The position numbers and the translations under genes are program-made. This document shows positions 25,246-33,873 of a stretch of 36,354 nucleotides of DNA, piece by piece. Numbering within the stretch: the first letter of the stretch is position 1; each line of letters opens with the position of its first letter. The notes below the pieces were generated by a model. The model worked only from the letters and a program-made list of their open reading frames with translations, did not search any database and was not told the origin of the DNA. Origin of the DNA: a virus (lineage: Duplodnaviria > Caudoviricetes); IMG/VR virus record IMGVR_UViG_3300026105_000003, positions 1 to 36,354 of that record. One strand, written 5' to 3'.

Positions 25246-26393
25246 TCGGCTAGCATTTCGGGCGTCAGAACCTGGCGTCCGACGTAGCCAAAACGTGAGT
25301 GGTAAGTAATCACCTGCGCTTGGCGTGCCGCGCTATACCCGTGCCGGCTTGCATACGAGTCACGAGCGGATAGGGTGCCATGCTGCTCGACTGTCATCAG
25401 GCCGCTTTCTTTCGAGGCCCAGTGGTGCAGGTGGCCAAGGTGGCAGTAGGAATGCTTGGTGCGGCCAAAGAGCTCACGGAACTCCGATGCCATGGCACGG
25501 TCGATCTCGTCGATCTTTTTCAGGTGGCCATGGTGAAAGAACAAGCTGGTCTGGCCATGCTCGATTGAATAAAACGGTGCTGGTGACTGGTCAATAATCA
25601 GGCGCGGCTGGTTGCGGTATCGGTCAGCAAAAGACTCACGCAGCCAGATCTCTGTGGTTTCGTCGTGGTTGCCCTCAGCCATAATCACTTCGACAGTGAC
25701 GTACTTGGTGAGCAGCATTTCGATGATCTGCCGGGTTAGGCGCACGGCAATTCGCACCAGTTTAGGAAAGCGCGTGTCCGTATCCAGCTGATGTTTGCTG
25801 GTGGGCGTCACGCTCTCGATGCCATCAAAGTGCAGGAAGTCACCCATCTGTGCGAACACTGCACGGTGGGCAGGCGGTGCCCGGTCAATCGCAGCGGCGA
25901 AGAACTTCAGCACCATCTCTTCTGCGATGCTTGCATCCCAGTCCTGCCCGGTTTCTTCGCCCCATGCCAGCATTCCAATGTGCGCGTCGGTCATCACAAA
26001 CAGATTTAGCAGCTCGTTGTTGTGCCGCACCTTCTGCTTAATTTTCGGCAGCGGCTGCAAATCTTCTTTCAGCGCCTCGATGGCAGCTTTTAGCTGATCG
26101 TACTGTGCCTGCTTGTCGCGGTCAGTCTTGTACCATTCGAGCTTGTGCTCACCCGTGCTGGGGTTCCATAGCACCGAGCGGCCCTTAAAGATTTCATCGT
26201 CACGCTGCTCAAACTGCTGCGCCGCTTCCATCTTTTGCTCTAGTGTTTTGCCGTCCCGCATCCGCTCCAGCCTGCGCTGCAAGGTGCGAAGGTTAATGCC
26301 AAGTAGGGCGGCTGCCCCTTCCTGAGTGCCAGTCTGCTCAATGGCAGCGAGGATCTGCGAGTTGCTTATTCCCCGTGGCCCAAGACTACTCAT
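25242..26393 (-). CDS. Calcineurin-like metallophosphoesterase with N-terminal HTH
   Basis: D-A-H-I-G, G-D-F-L-H, G-N-H-D, H-H-G-H and G-H-L-H-H motifs; N-terminal AAALLGINLRTLQRRL HTH. Confidence 0.85.
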   Translation of the reverse strand: MSSLGPRGISNSQILAAIEQTGTQEGAAALLGINLRTLQRRLERMRDGKTLEQKMEAAQQFEQRDDEIFKGRSVLWNPSTGEHKLEWYKTDRDKQAQYDQLKAAIEALKEDLQPLPKIKQKVRHNNELLNLFVMTDAHIGMLAWGEETGQDWDASIAEEMVLKFFAAAIDRAPPAHRAVFAQMGDFLHFDGIESVTPTSKHQLDTDTRFPKLVRIAVRLTRQIIEMLLTKYVTVEVIMAEGNHDETTEIWLRESFADRYRNQPRLIIDQSPAPFYSIEHGQTSLFFHHGHLKKIDEIDRAMASEFRELFGRTKHSYCHLGHLHHWASKESGLMTVEQHGTLSARDSYASRHGYSAARQAQVITYHSRFGYVGRQVLTPEMLAD

Positions 26394-26395
26394 GG

Positions 26396-26803
26396 CTATT
26401 CCTTTTTGTTACGTAGCTGCCCTGCTACCTTCTCCGCGCTGCGCCCAACCACGTACCCGCCGAGGCCCACGCTTAACAGCGACCATGCCTGATCCGGCAT
26501 GTCGAACATCACACTGGTGCCGAAGAAAGCATCCAAGTATGGGGCGATAATGTAGTTGTTGCCGATCATAACTGCGAACATCAGCATGACAATCGGCCGC
26601 CAGGCACTGGTCACCCAGTGCTCAGACTTAGCCTCGGCCACCACCACGTCACGGGCTACCTGCTGTGCAGTCTGCTCGTGCTCAAGCATAGCAAGGCGCA
26701 GCTCCTGCGCTGCTTTGGCAGCCTGATCCTTGTCCTCAAAAAACCTGCCGAGCACATTGTCTACTGCTTGGCCAAGCCCGGCACCCAGCAATTCTTTAAT
26801 CAT
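26396..26803 (-). CDS. Holin (3TM GTA-type holin family)
   Basis: E-A-K-S-E-H-W...W-R-P and L-G-G-Y-V-V-G-R-S-A-E-K motifs with TM helices; ATGA overlap with the endolysin gene. Confidence 0.8.
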   Translation of the reverse strand: MIKELLGAGLGQAVDNVLGRFFEDKDQAAKAAQELRLAMLEHEQTAQQVARDVVVAEAKSEHWVTSAWRPIVMLMFAVMIGNNYIIAPYLDAFFGTSVMFDMPDQAWSLLSVGLGGYVVGRSAEKVAGQLRNKKE

Positions 26804-27207
26804 TTGCCCCACCACCGTTTGGCATCAAAGCCAGGGCATTCCTTGTCCGATACGTCGCGATGACCGATCACCTGCAGCTCACCATGCTGGGCCATCAGAT
26901 CATCCACGCAGCGCTCTAGTGCATCCCACTGGCGCTTAGTAAAGTTGCAATCCGCATCGCCATCCTCGGTCAACCCACCAACAAGGCAGACGCCAATGCT
27001 GGTTTTGTTATGGCCGTAGGCGTGCGCGCCTGGTGTCTCCACGGGCCTGCCCCGCTCGATTGTACCGTCGCGCCGGATTACGTAGTGATAGCCTATGTCG
27101 TCCCACCCGCGCTCGTCCACGTGCCAGCGGCGAATATCATCCGCACCAACATCCATAGACGGTTTGGTTGCAGCCATGTGCAAAATGATTGTGTCGATGT
27201 CACGCAT
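26800..27207 (-). CDS. Endolysin, N-acetylmuramoyl-L-alanine amidase (T7 gp3.5-like)
   Basis: IILH, IRRWH..RGW.DIGYHY, GAH..GHN, GHRD...K.CP.F. Confidence 0.95.
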   Translation of the reverse strand: MRDIDTIILHMAATKPSMDVGADDIRRWHVDERGWDDIGYHYVIRRDGTIERGRPVETPGAHAYGHNKTSIGVCLVGGLTEDGDADCNFTKRQWDALERCVDDLMAQHGELQVIGHRDVSDKECPGFDAKRWWGK

Positions 27208-27213
27208 GGAAAG

Positions 27214-27429
27214 CTAGCCCGCAATCTTGTGCTTGAGCATATTCCAAAGGCCAAGTAAGCCTGTCCAGATAAAGCTGACCGTAACGAAAATGCCAAGGAC
27301 GATGCCACGCCATGACGTGACTGCTCTTTTAATATCCTTAACATCTTGGCGCATGTCCTGCAGCTGTTTATTTAGCTGCTCGTGCTGGGTTTCTAGCACC
27401 GCTATGCGCTCTTGCTCGTTTTTAGTCAT
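27214..27429 (-). CDS. Small membrane protein (coiled coil + one TM), lysis-cassette associated
   Basis: ERIAVLE coiled coil then a hydrophobic helix; upstream of the endolysin. Confidence 0.7.
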   Translation of the reverse strand: MTKNEQERIAVLETQHEQLNKQLQDMRQDVKDIKRAVTSWRGIVLGIFVTVSFIWTGLLGLWNMLKHKIAG

Positions 27430-27436
27430 GGGACAC

Positions 27437-27586
27437 CTACTTTTTCTTGGCTGTCTTTGCGGATTCCTTGAAATCCTTGTCGCTAGGACGGCCCTTTTCG
27501 CCCTTGCGCTTCATGCGCTCGCCAGAACCAGCCTCGATACGCTTACGTTTAGCGTGTATGTTTGCATATAAACCCTGGGCAACCAT
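27437..27586 (-). CDS. Small basic protein (49 aa, not in track)
   Basis: MVAQGLYANIHAKRKRIEAGSGERMKRKGEKGRPSDKDFKESAKTAKKK; GGAGG RBS; GLYANIHAKR motif that I recall from aquatic podoviruses. Confidence 0.8.
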   Translation of the reverse strand: MVAQGLYANIHAKRKRIEAGSGERMKRKGEKGRPSDKDFKESAKTAKKK

Positions 27587-27588
27587 TA

Positions 27589-28008
27589 TTATGCCTCCGG
27601 CTTTTCGGGCCATTCAATGTCATTAGGGAACCCAGCCTGCTGCGGAACATCCCGCAACGCTTGGCGGTAGGTTTTCCACGGCTCAACATCAGCAACAGGC
27701 GAATCTGGGAGCACAGCAAAATCACTTTCGTCGAGTAGCGTGTCGCGCTGCGTGCGAGCACCTTTAGCTTTTGCCTTAGTAATACGCTCAATTATGTCAG
27801 TCTGCTGCCATGTGCCATATACAGCATCTTCATCAGCTTTGTAAGTGTAGGGGTAGGTGTACTCATAGCCGCTACCATCCGTAGGCTTTGGCAATCCTTT
27901 AACTAAGCGCCAGCCAAGCGCATAGAGCCGATCTGGTTCTATAGTAAAAAGATTGTTAGGTAATCCAACCTGAACCACCTTATCTTCTTTAATTCGTGCC
28001 ATTGTCAT
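27589..28008 (-). CDS. Tail fibre assembly chaperone
   Basis: R..RD.LL.ESD...LPD...W..YRQALRDVPQQ.GFP..I.WP..P C-terminus. Confidence 0.85.
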   Translation of the reverse strand: MTMARIKEDKVVQVGLPNNLFTIEPDRLYALGWRLVKGLPKPTDGSGYEYTYPYTYKADEDAVYGTWQQTDIIERITKAKAKGARTQRDTLLDESDFAVLPDSPVADVEPWKTYRQALRDVPQQAGFPNDIEWPEKPEA

Positions 28009-28009
28009 A

Positions 28010-28075
28010 TCAATTCTCCTGTGTTCTGTAAGACTGCGCCTTTTTATAAACCGGTAGGCTTTTTGACTTTGCCAT
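28010..28075 (-). pseudogene. Truncated Avd/four-helix-bundle gene stub (21 codons)
   Basis: MAKSKSLPVYKKAQSYRTQEN*. The MA....LPVYK.A start resembles Avd-like proteins, and it sits where avd follows a DGR target gene. Confidence 0.5.
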
Positions 28076-28095
28076 TAAAGTTCAAAGGACAAAGG

Positions 28096-29592
28096 TTAAA
28101 GGACGACGCGCCGGACGGGACGCACCGAGAAGTCGGTGTCGCTCTTGGTTTCGCCAAACTGCCCGCCCTCATTTCCACCACGCGTGAAGTAATGGGCCCA
28201 GGCACGGCCATTTTCATCCGCGTCTGTGCTCGACCAGTAACGACCAAAATCAACCGCCTCAGCGCCGCCGTCCTGGAAGTCCGTCACACTCGTCTGCGAT
28301 GGATCGCCCGCGGTGTAGGCCGAGGCTGTAGGATCGCTTGACGGGTTAAAGCCGACGTCTTGCGATCCGGGGAAAGTGCGTGTGCTGTTGCCCGTATAGT
28401 TATCCGCCGTCACTGGCTTCAGGTTCCGATAGATAAGCTCGATCTCGTCCATTGCGGGCAGATACCAGTCTGAGCCGCCATCGCTTGGCACCGGGTCGCT
28501 CGTTCGGATTGAACGGATATGTTCGAAGGCGACGTAATTGGTGTCGTTTTTAGCGAGGATGTTTTCTGTCGATGACAGCCCATCCCAGCGCGTAAACGAT
28601 CCGGACTCACCGGCGCGATCCTGCGCATCCCATTCCGGACCAGGCTGAGTCTCCAGGCTCTTAGGCGCGACGACGAGGGCATACCGCTCACCGGTCTGGT
28701 AATCGTCCTGACTGTCGATCGTGCCCGCAACGGTGTCGATGACGCCGGCTAGGAATCCGCCAGCAAAAGCCTGACCGATGAACTGCGGGTCTTCCGGATT
28801 AAAAAAAGTTACTGAGGTTGTGAACGCGCTATCCGGCGAGTAAGCAGAAAACCCATATGTGTTGCCTTTGTGGCGAACCTTGACGGTGTAGCTCTCCTGG
28901 CCTTCATCGAGCACGCCCGCGGGCACGTCGATGCTCTCAAGGTTGCTAGTGTCCTCGCCTGAGTCGAACACCTCGACACTGTCGGAAACGCGGGTGATGA
29001 CCCACTGCGATGACTCATGGGTGTCGCTGCCGTTGACCGTGTTAAAGGCCGACGAGGTAATCGTTGGCGTCTCGCCAATGTCCGTTGCGTTGTCAGCCGG
29101 CGAGGTGATGGTTGGCTGGTCAGTAAAGATATTGGCAGTCTGAAAACTGGTGGCTTCAGAAAACTCTGACTGATCGCCATTGTCATCGGTGTAGCGCACG
29201 CGCCAAAAGTAACTGGTGTTAGGGTCAAGATTGCTGCTTGGCGTATACGTCGTGCTAGTCCCAGAAACAGTGTCATCGACGACTGTTGTCGAGAAGTCGG
29301 ATACTTCTGAAATCTGCCACTGGGCGGATGCCATAGGCACACTATAAAGGCTGCCATAGTCAGAAGCCTCAAGTTCAGGCGTCAGCAATGTGCCCGTTGC
29401 ATTGTCAGCGGGAGCAATGTTCTCAGGCTGCTGGACAAGCGGCCGGCCTTCTATCGGAAATCCACCAGGCGTTGAGCCATCGTGGACAACGACAGTATTT
29501 TTGTCAGTATCGACAGTGACTTCGGCATTTGCGCCTGTGAAGTTTTCATGCTGTGCGGTGGTGCCGCGGCGCAATTTAAGCTCTGTAGCCAT
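28096..29592 (-). CDS. Mtd-like receptor-binding protein: Mtd N-domain + two FN3/Ig-like repeats + C-terminal C-type-lectin-fold (DUF1566-like) domain
   Basis: The N-terminus LRRGTTAQHENFTGANAEVTVDTDKNTVVVHDGSTPGGFP is close to BPP-1 Mtd as I recall it. C-terminus has DWYLPA.DE and YWSST...AW...F...G.Q....K......VRPVRR. Confidence 0.85.
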   Translation of the reverse strand: MATELKLRRGTTAQHENFTGANAEVTVDTDKNTVVVHDGSTPGGFPIEGRPLVQQPENIAPADNATGTLLTPELEASDYGSLYSVPMASAQWQISEVSDFSTTVVDDTVSGTSTTYTPSSNLDPNTSYFWRVRYTDDNGDQSEFSEATSFQTANIFTDQPTITSPADNATDIGETPTITSSAFNTVNGSDTHESSQWVITRVSDSVEVFDSGEDTSNLESIDVPAGVLDEGQESYTVKVRHKGNTYGFSAYSPDSAFTTSVTFFNPEDPQFIGQAFAGGFLAGVIDTVAGTIDSQDDYQTGERYALVVAPKSLETQPGPEWDAQDRAGESGSFTRWDGLSSTENILAKNDTNYVAFEHIRSIRTSDPVPSDGGSDWYLPAMDEIELIYRNLKPVTADNYTGNSTRTFPGSQDVGFNPSSDPTASAYTAGDPSQTSVTDFQDGGAEAVDFGRYWSSTDADENGRAWAHYFTRGGNEGGQFGETKSDTDFSVRPVRRVVL

Positions 29593-29594
29593 GA

Positions 29595-31568
29595 TTAGAT
29601 ACTCCCGAGATCCAGAGTTTGTGCAAGTTTATCATCTGTAACTGCCTGATTTGCAATCTGTGCAGTGTCCACTTCATTCAGCGAGGCCAAAGCGCCCGCG
29701 TCAGAAATGCTAGCCAGTGTCTGTGTGCCAGTATGATTGGCACGGTCTAGGTAATATGTGCCCTGCTCACCATCTAAAGTGTCAGCGTTTACGTTCAGCG
29801 CATCGACAAAAGCCTTGTTGACCAAGCTGCTGACCCGAGCATCTGTGTAGTACAGATTGGTCGTGCCCTCATCCAGCCCGTCTGTCGTCTCAGCACCAAA
29901 GTCAATGGCAAAATCCGCTGAGTCGTACGCCGTGTCCTCATCCTGCGGCGTGTAACCAAGGGCGCCGGTAACATCAGCGCTCTGCAGCGAGACGGCGCCG
30001 CTGCGGCCGTTAAACGTGACCACTGCAGCATCAGCGGAGAAAGCTGCAACCTGCCAAACAGCACCATCGTAAATCAGGATCTGTTCTTGGTTTGTGTTGT
30101 AGTAAAGCGCCCCCACCTGCAGCGGGTCACCCTCATTGTCTGTGGTCGGGTCGCTTGCTTTAGCGCCGAGATACAATTCGGTCACTTCATCCCGTGCAGT
30201 CTCGGCCTCGTTAGCAAACGTCTCAGCGTTACTCTCACTTACAGAAGCATCGGATGCTGACTGGGATGCGTTCTGCTCGCTTGTCAGCGCATTGCTCTCG
30301 CTCGTAGCAGCATTTTGCTCGCTTGTCAGCGCGTTGCTCTCGCTCGTCGAGGCGTTCTGCTCGCTGGTTAGCGCATTGTTTTCAGACGTCTGCGCGTTGC
30401 TCTCTGAGCTAGCAGCTGCCTGTGCGGAATTCTGGGCGGCAAGCTCAGCAGCCTCAGCGTCCGATGCTGCCTGCGGGGCGTTCTGGATCGCAACGATGTT
30501 ATCTGCGGCCGTGGTCACATCAGCACTTACTGCAGCGAGGTTAGTAACATCCGAGCTAATGCCAGCAACAGTAGTAACGTCCGAACTGATGCCATCTACC
30601 GTGACGATTTCATCGCGGATATTGAAAACGCTGATAATGTAGCCATCCGGCGTGCCAATAACACCTTCTGTCGGCTGCGTGATAGTACCAAGGTCATAGT
30701 CAAACCCAGCACCAGCAAGATCGCTCGCTACAATGTCAATCTCATTGGTTGACTCCGAGACGTCTTGCACCTCGTTGCTTATTGAGGAGACATTTGTGAC
30801 GTCTGAAGCAATGCCAGCAACCGTTTGGATATCACCTTCAATGCCGACAACGGTTTGTATTTCAGACTCAATGCCAGCAACCGTCTGAATTTCGCTAGTA
30901 ATGTTAACAACGGGAGCAGCAATCTGTGCACTCGCTTCAGCTTTAGCTGAATAATGCAGTGCAGAAAAGCTACCAGATTCTACTTCACTGTCCTCAGGCT
31001 CTTCAGCCCACTGTTCAGCTTTATCCCGAGCAGCCTCGGCATCGTCAAGCGCTGCATCAATAGCCTGCTGGCCAGTATTAAAGTCTGCGTACAGATCCCA
31101 CTTGCCCTCGGACAAGTCAGTAGAAAAGTCATCAGCTTGGTGCTGCTGGCGCGAGATATAGATATTACCGTCAGGGCCAGTGACCACGTCGAGAACAAAA
31201 TACAGCTCGCCTGTGTCCCACTCGCCCCTGTACTCATTGAGCACGCCGTCCTGCACAATCTGCAGGATGTTATCGAACTCAGCGTTTAGCCCAGTTGCAG
31301 TGATTGAGAGATCATCGAGGAACGTCGATACGCGGTTTGCCTCGGTGCGCCGGGCAATGTTTAGCTCAGACTGCCCATCCCGCGGTGCGTTAGGATAACG
31401 GACAGTAACGCCATTAGCCGTGGCGCTTGTGCCAATGACCGTGTATTCAGACGACGGGAGCACCCCGCCAGGAATAAGAGATACAATAATCTCTCCCGAA
31501 GTCCGCACAGGAAACGGGAAAAAGAATTCAGTCGGCCCATCAAGGACGTATGTTTGTTCAGTTGCCAT
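29595..31568 (-). CDS. Tail fibre protein
   Basis: T7 gp17-like N-terminus (F.FPF...LNAEFD), 10-aa and 7-aa repeats, GALYYNT and V.TFNGRSGAV.L motifs. Confidence 0.85.
   Translation of the reverse strand: MATEQTYVLDGPTEFFFPFPVRTSGEIIVSLIPGGVLPSSEYTVIGTSATANGVTVRYPNAPRDGQSELNIARRTEANRVSTFLDDLSITATGLNAEFDNILQIVQDGVLNEYRGEWDTGELYFVLDVVTGPDGNIYISRQQHQADDFSTDLSEGKWDLYADFNTGQQAIDAALDDAEAARDKAEQWAEEPEDSEVESGSFSALHYSAKAEASAQIAAPVVNITSEIQTVAGIESEIQTVVGIEGDIQTVAGIASDVTNVSSISNEVQDVSESTNEIDIVASDLAGAGFDYDLGTITQPTEGVIGTPDGYIISVFNIRDEIVTVDGISSDVTTVAGISSDVTNLAAVSADVTTAADNIVAIQNAPQAASDAEAAELAAQNSAQAAASSESNAQTSENNALTSEQNASTSESNALTSEQNAATSESNALTSEQNASQSASDASVSESNAETFANEAETARDEVTELYLGAKASDPTTDNEGDPLQVGALYYNTNQEQILIYDGAVWQVAAFSADAAVVTFNGRSGAVSLQSADVTGALGYTPQDEDTAYDSADFAIDFGAETTDGLDEGTTNLYYTDARVSSLVNKAFVDALNVNADTLDGEQGTYYLDRANHTGTQTLASISDAGALASLNEVDTAQIANQAVTDDKLAQTLDLGSI
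30268..30393 (-). repeat. Three 42-bp tandem repeats (21-bp subperiod) encoding TSESNALTSEQNA-type heptads
   Basis: Units start at 30268, 30310 and 30352 on the plus strand. Confidence 0.85.
30775..30897 (-). repeat. 30-bp repeats encoding (E/D)IQTVxGIxx decamers
   Basis: EIQTVAGIES / EIQTVVGIEG / DIQTVAGIAS; a similar block lies near 30520-30615. Confidence 0.7.
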
Positions 31569-31569
31569 A

Positions 31570-33873
31570 TTAGAACCCTACCCGTTCCTCTTCTTTGAAC
31601 CTCTGTTCTTGTCGCCGGATGACTTCCGGATTCAAGCTCTGTATTGCACTCTGCACACTCGGCTGTATTACCGTTGCGTCAAACCATGAAATGTTAGGCG
31701 TTAAGCGTTCAGCAGCTTTAATTGCTTCGGCTGCTGCTTTATCCGTTTCACCTTCTATCACACGAGTGCTAATAGTACCAGCAGAACCCAGCAAACTCAT
31801 AGTCGTATCAAACACTGGGCCAAGCCCTGGCTGCATAAAACGATCCTTTGTTAAGCCGCCGTATGCCCACTCTCCAATAGGCGTCATAAGGCCAGAGCGA
31901 CGTGCTGCACGGCTAGCTAATGTGGGGCTGTCCCACTCAAACATCGGCTCGCCGCTGGTCAGTGCATAAAGCTGCTCTGTAACCATGCCACCAGCGAACA
32001 ATGCACCGCTAAATGCAGCGAAACCAGGCACACCTTTTTTGGCCTGCTGTAGCATTGCCACGCGAGTAAACTGAATTGGCCAGTTGAGGAACTGCGTTAC
32101 CGCAGCTGCTAGCTCCCCTGGAAGCGAGCCACGACGCCCACCAGCAAAAAGAATAGCCCTAACCCGGCTATCAGGGCGTAGCACACTGTGGTCGAGGGTG
32201 CGGTGAAAGTATGAGCCAACCGCTTCGCGAGACTGTGCCGGCAGGTCGTTCCAGTTGAAAAGCCCGAACTCGTCTGTTTGCCCGAATCTGTTGACATCGC
32301 GCCATACTCTTTCTGTTACACCACTGGCGTTAAGATCCTGCTGCAGCCGTGGATCAAGCTCATCCCATGGCACTTTTGCCGCATCGCCGAGCCCGCGCCC
32401 GATGCTGAATGACGTAGCCTGCCGTAGCCCCTGCTCAATGTCCCAAGCGCCTGTGGCCCGGTAAACGGCGTTACTTACGCGCTGGGCGCCAGCACCAAAA
32501 CCTTCGGCCGTCGGGTCAGAGCTGAATCGGCTGTTGGGCGAACCCATATACATCATCGACTCGTAGGCACCGTAGTAATCACGCAGCCGAGTGCGGAGCT
32601 CAGGGTTAAGCAGACCAATCGTTCCCTGCGCCTGCAGAGAAAACGACCGACCAAAGCCCTCGACCCGAGCCCGCTGCAGCGGAGCAATCAAACTGTCAGT
32701 GCCAATGATGGACAAGGCCACGCGGCCAAGCAAAAGCGGCGTCATCAGCGCGCGCACCCCGGAGGATACGTTTGCAGCCGTAACGTTCTGTGGTGTGTCG
32801 ATAGTGCCGCTCAGCGCATCGTAGGTCTGCCTTGCACCGTTTGCGATCAAGTCGCTTTTGAACTTCTGCGTCATCGGTGCGCCAAACATCGTGGTCATCG
32901 TTTTGTCGTCCGCCCGAGCAATCTCCTCACGAAAACGCCGCGTAGCAGCTTTGACTACCCGGCCAGGATCAGGCCCAAACTCCTCGGCCATAGCGAGCGC
33001 TCGTGTTTCCCGTCGAATCTGACGCTGGATCTGCTTTACTAGCGTGTCCTCGCCGTAAGTTTCCAAAAAGTTGTGCAACCGGTCGGGATCATCAGTGCGG
33101 TAGTGTACCTGCCGGCCCATGGTCAGCGGCTGATCGCCAGGCTCCAACGTGTGCCGGGTCTGCAACGTCTCAAAAATTGCTTGCGCTGAGGTAAGTGCAT
33201 CAGGGTGGTACTCGGGATCTAACAGTGCAGCCATTTCCTGAATTGCTACGTCTTTATCTTTGGCCAAACGCCCAGGCGATAATGCCTGCGGCCGATAGTG
33301 CGGCAAATCCTCGACGTAAACCCCAGCTTGGCGCAGTCGGTCACGCAGCTCTTTGTTTACGCGAGCAAATTCTTTGGCTGCTTTTTGCGCGATGGGGTCT
33401 GCAGTTTCAAACCCCAACATGGCACGAGAAAGCTCGGTGGTGTCTTTAGATCGCGGATTAAAAGCACCGACAAAATACTCGTCAAACACCGCGTTGAGCT
33501 TCTGAATGTAATAATGCTCAAGAAACCGCATCCGGGACGCCACAGAAGGCCGATCCCTAGCAACCGTTGGGTCAGGACTCTCCTCAATGCGGTCAACAAA
33601 ACGTTGCAGCTGCTCAGGACTAAAGTTGTCGAACTCAACGCCCATCTGCTCCAGTCGCCGGGCAGAGATTTCATCAGCTACTTTTTTGCGCACTGCTGCT
33701 TTTTGCAGCGTGCCTAGTTGCTGGGTGGCTTTTGCGAGTTTAACTTCCTCGCTAATTTGATTGTCCTCAATGAGCCGTCGCAGCGTGCTTTCCATAAACT
33801 GCTTATCAGTATCGGCGTCATCGAGCTTGCGAACTTCCTCAAGCGCTACTCGCAGGCAATCTAGGGCGCTCAT
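31570..33873 (-). CDS. Large internal virion protein
   Basis: 767 aa helical protein; Y-R-P-Q and Q-F-x-x-W-P motifs and hydrophobic C-terminal helices typical of gp16-like ejection proteins; precedes the tail fibre. Confidence 0.7.
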   Translation of the reverse strand: MSALDCLRVALEEVRKLDDADTDKQFMESTLRRLIEDNQISEEVKLAKATQQLGTLQKAAVRKKVADEISARRLEQMGVEFDNFSPEQLQRFVDRIEESPDPTVARDRPSVASRMRFLEHYYIQKLNAVFDEYFVGAFNPRSKDTTELSRAMLGFETADPIAQKAAKEFARVNKELRDRLRQAGVYVEDLPHYRPQALSPGRLAKDKDVAIQEMAALLDPEYHPDALTSAQAIFETLQTRHTLEPGDQPLTMGRQVHYRTDDPDRLHNFLETYGEDTLVKQIQRQIRRETRALAMAEEFGPDPGRVVKAATRRFREEIARADDKTMTTMFGAPMTQKFKSDLIANGARQTYDALSGTIDTPQNVTAANVSSGVRALMTPLLLGRVALSIIGTDSLIAPLQRARVEGFGRSFSLQAQGTIGLLNPELRTRLRDYYGAYESMMYMGSPNSRFSSDPTAEGFGAGAQRVSNAVYRATGAWDIEQGLRQATSFSIGRGLGDAAKVPWDELDPRLQQDLNASGVTERVWRDVNRFGQTDEFGLFNWNDLPAQSREAVGSYFHRTLDHSVLRPDSRVRAILFAGGRRGSLPGELAAAVTQFLNWPIQFTRVAMLQQAKKGVPGFAAFSGALFAGGMVTEQLYALTSGEPMFEWDSPTLASRAARRSGLMTPIGEWAYGGLTKDRFMQPGLGPVFDTTMSLLGSAGTISTRVIEGETDKAAAEAIKAAERLTPNISWFDATVIQPSVQSAIQSLNPEVIRRQEQRFKEEERVGF

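Noticed and set aside
28044-28253. 69-aa minus-strand ORF overlapping the end of the Mtd-like gene as an intact avd or TR-encoded ORF
   Set aside because: Alternative frame of the target gene with no Avd features; only the 21-codon stub resembles Avd.
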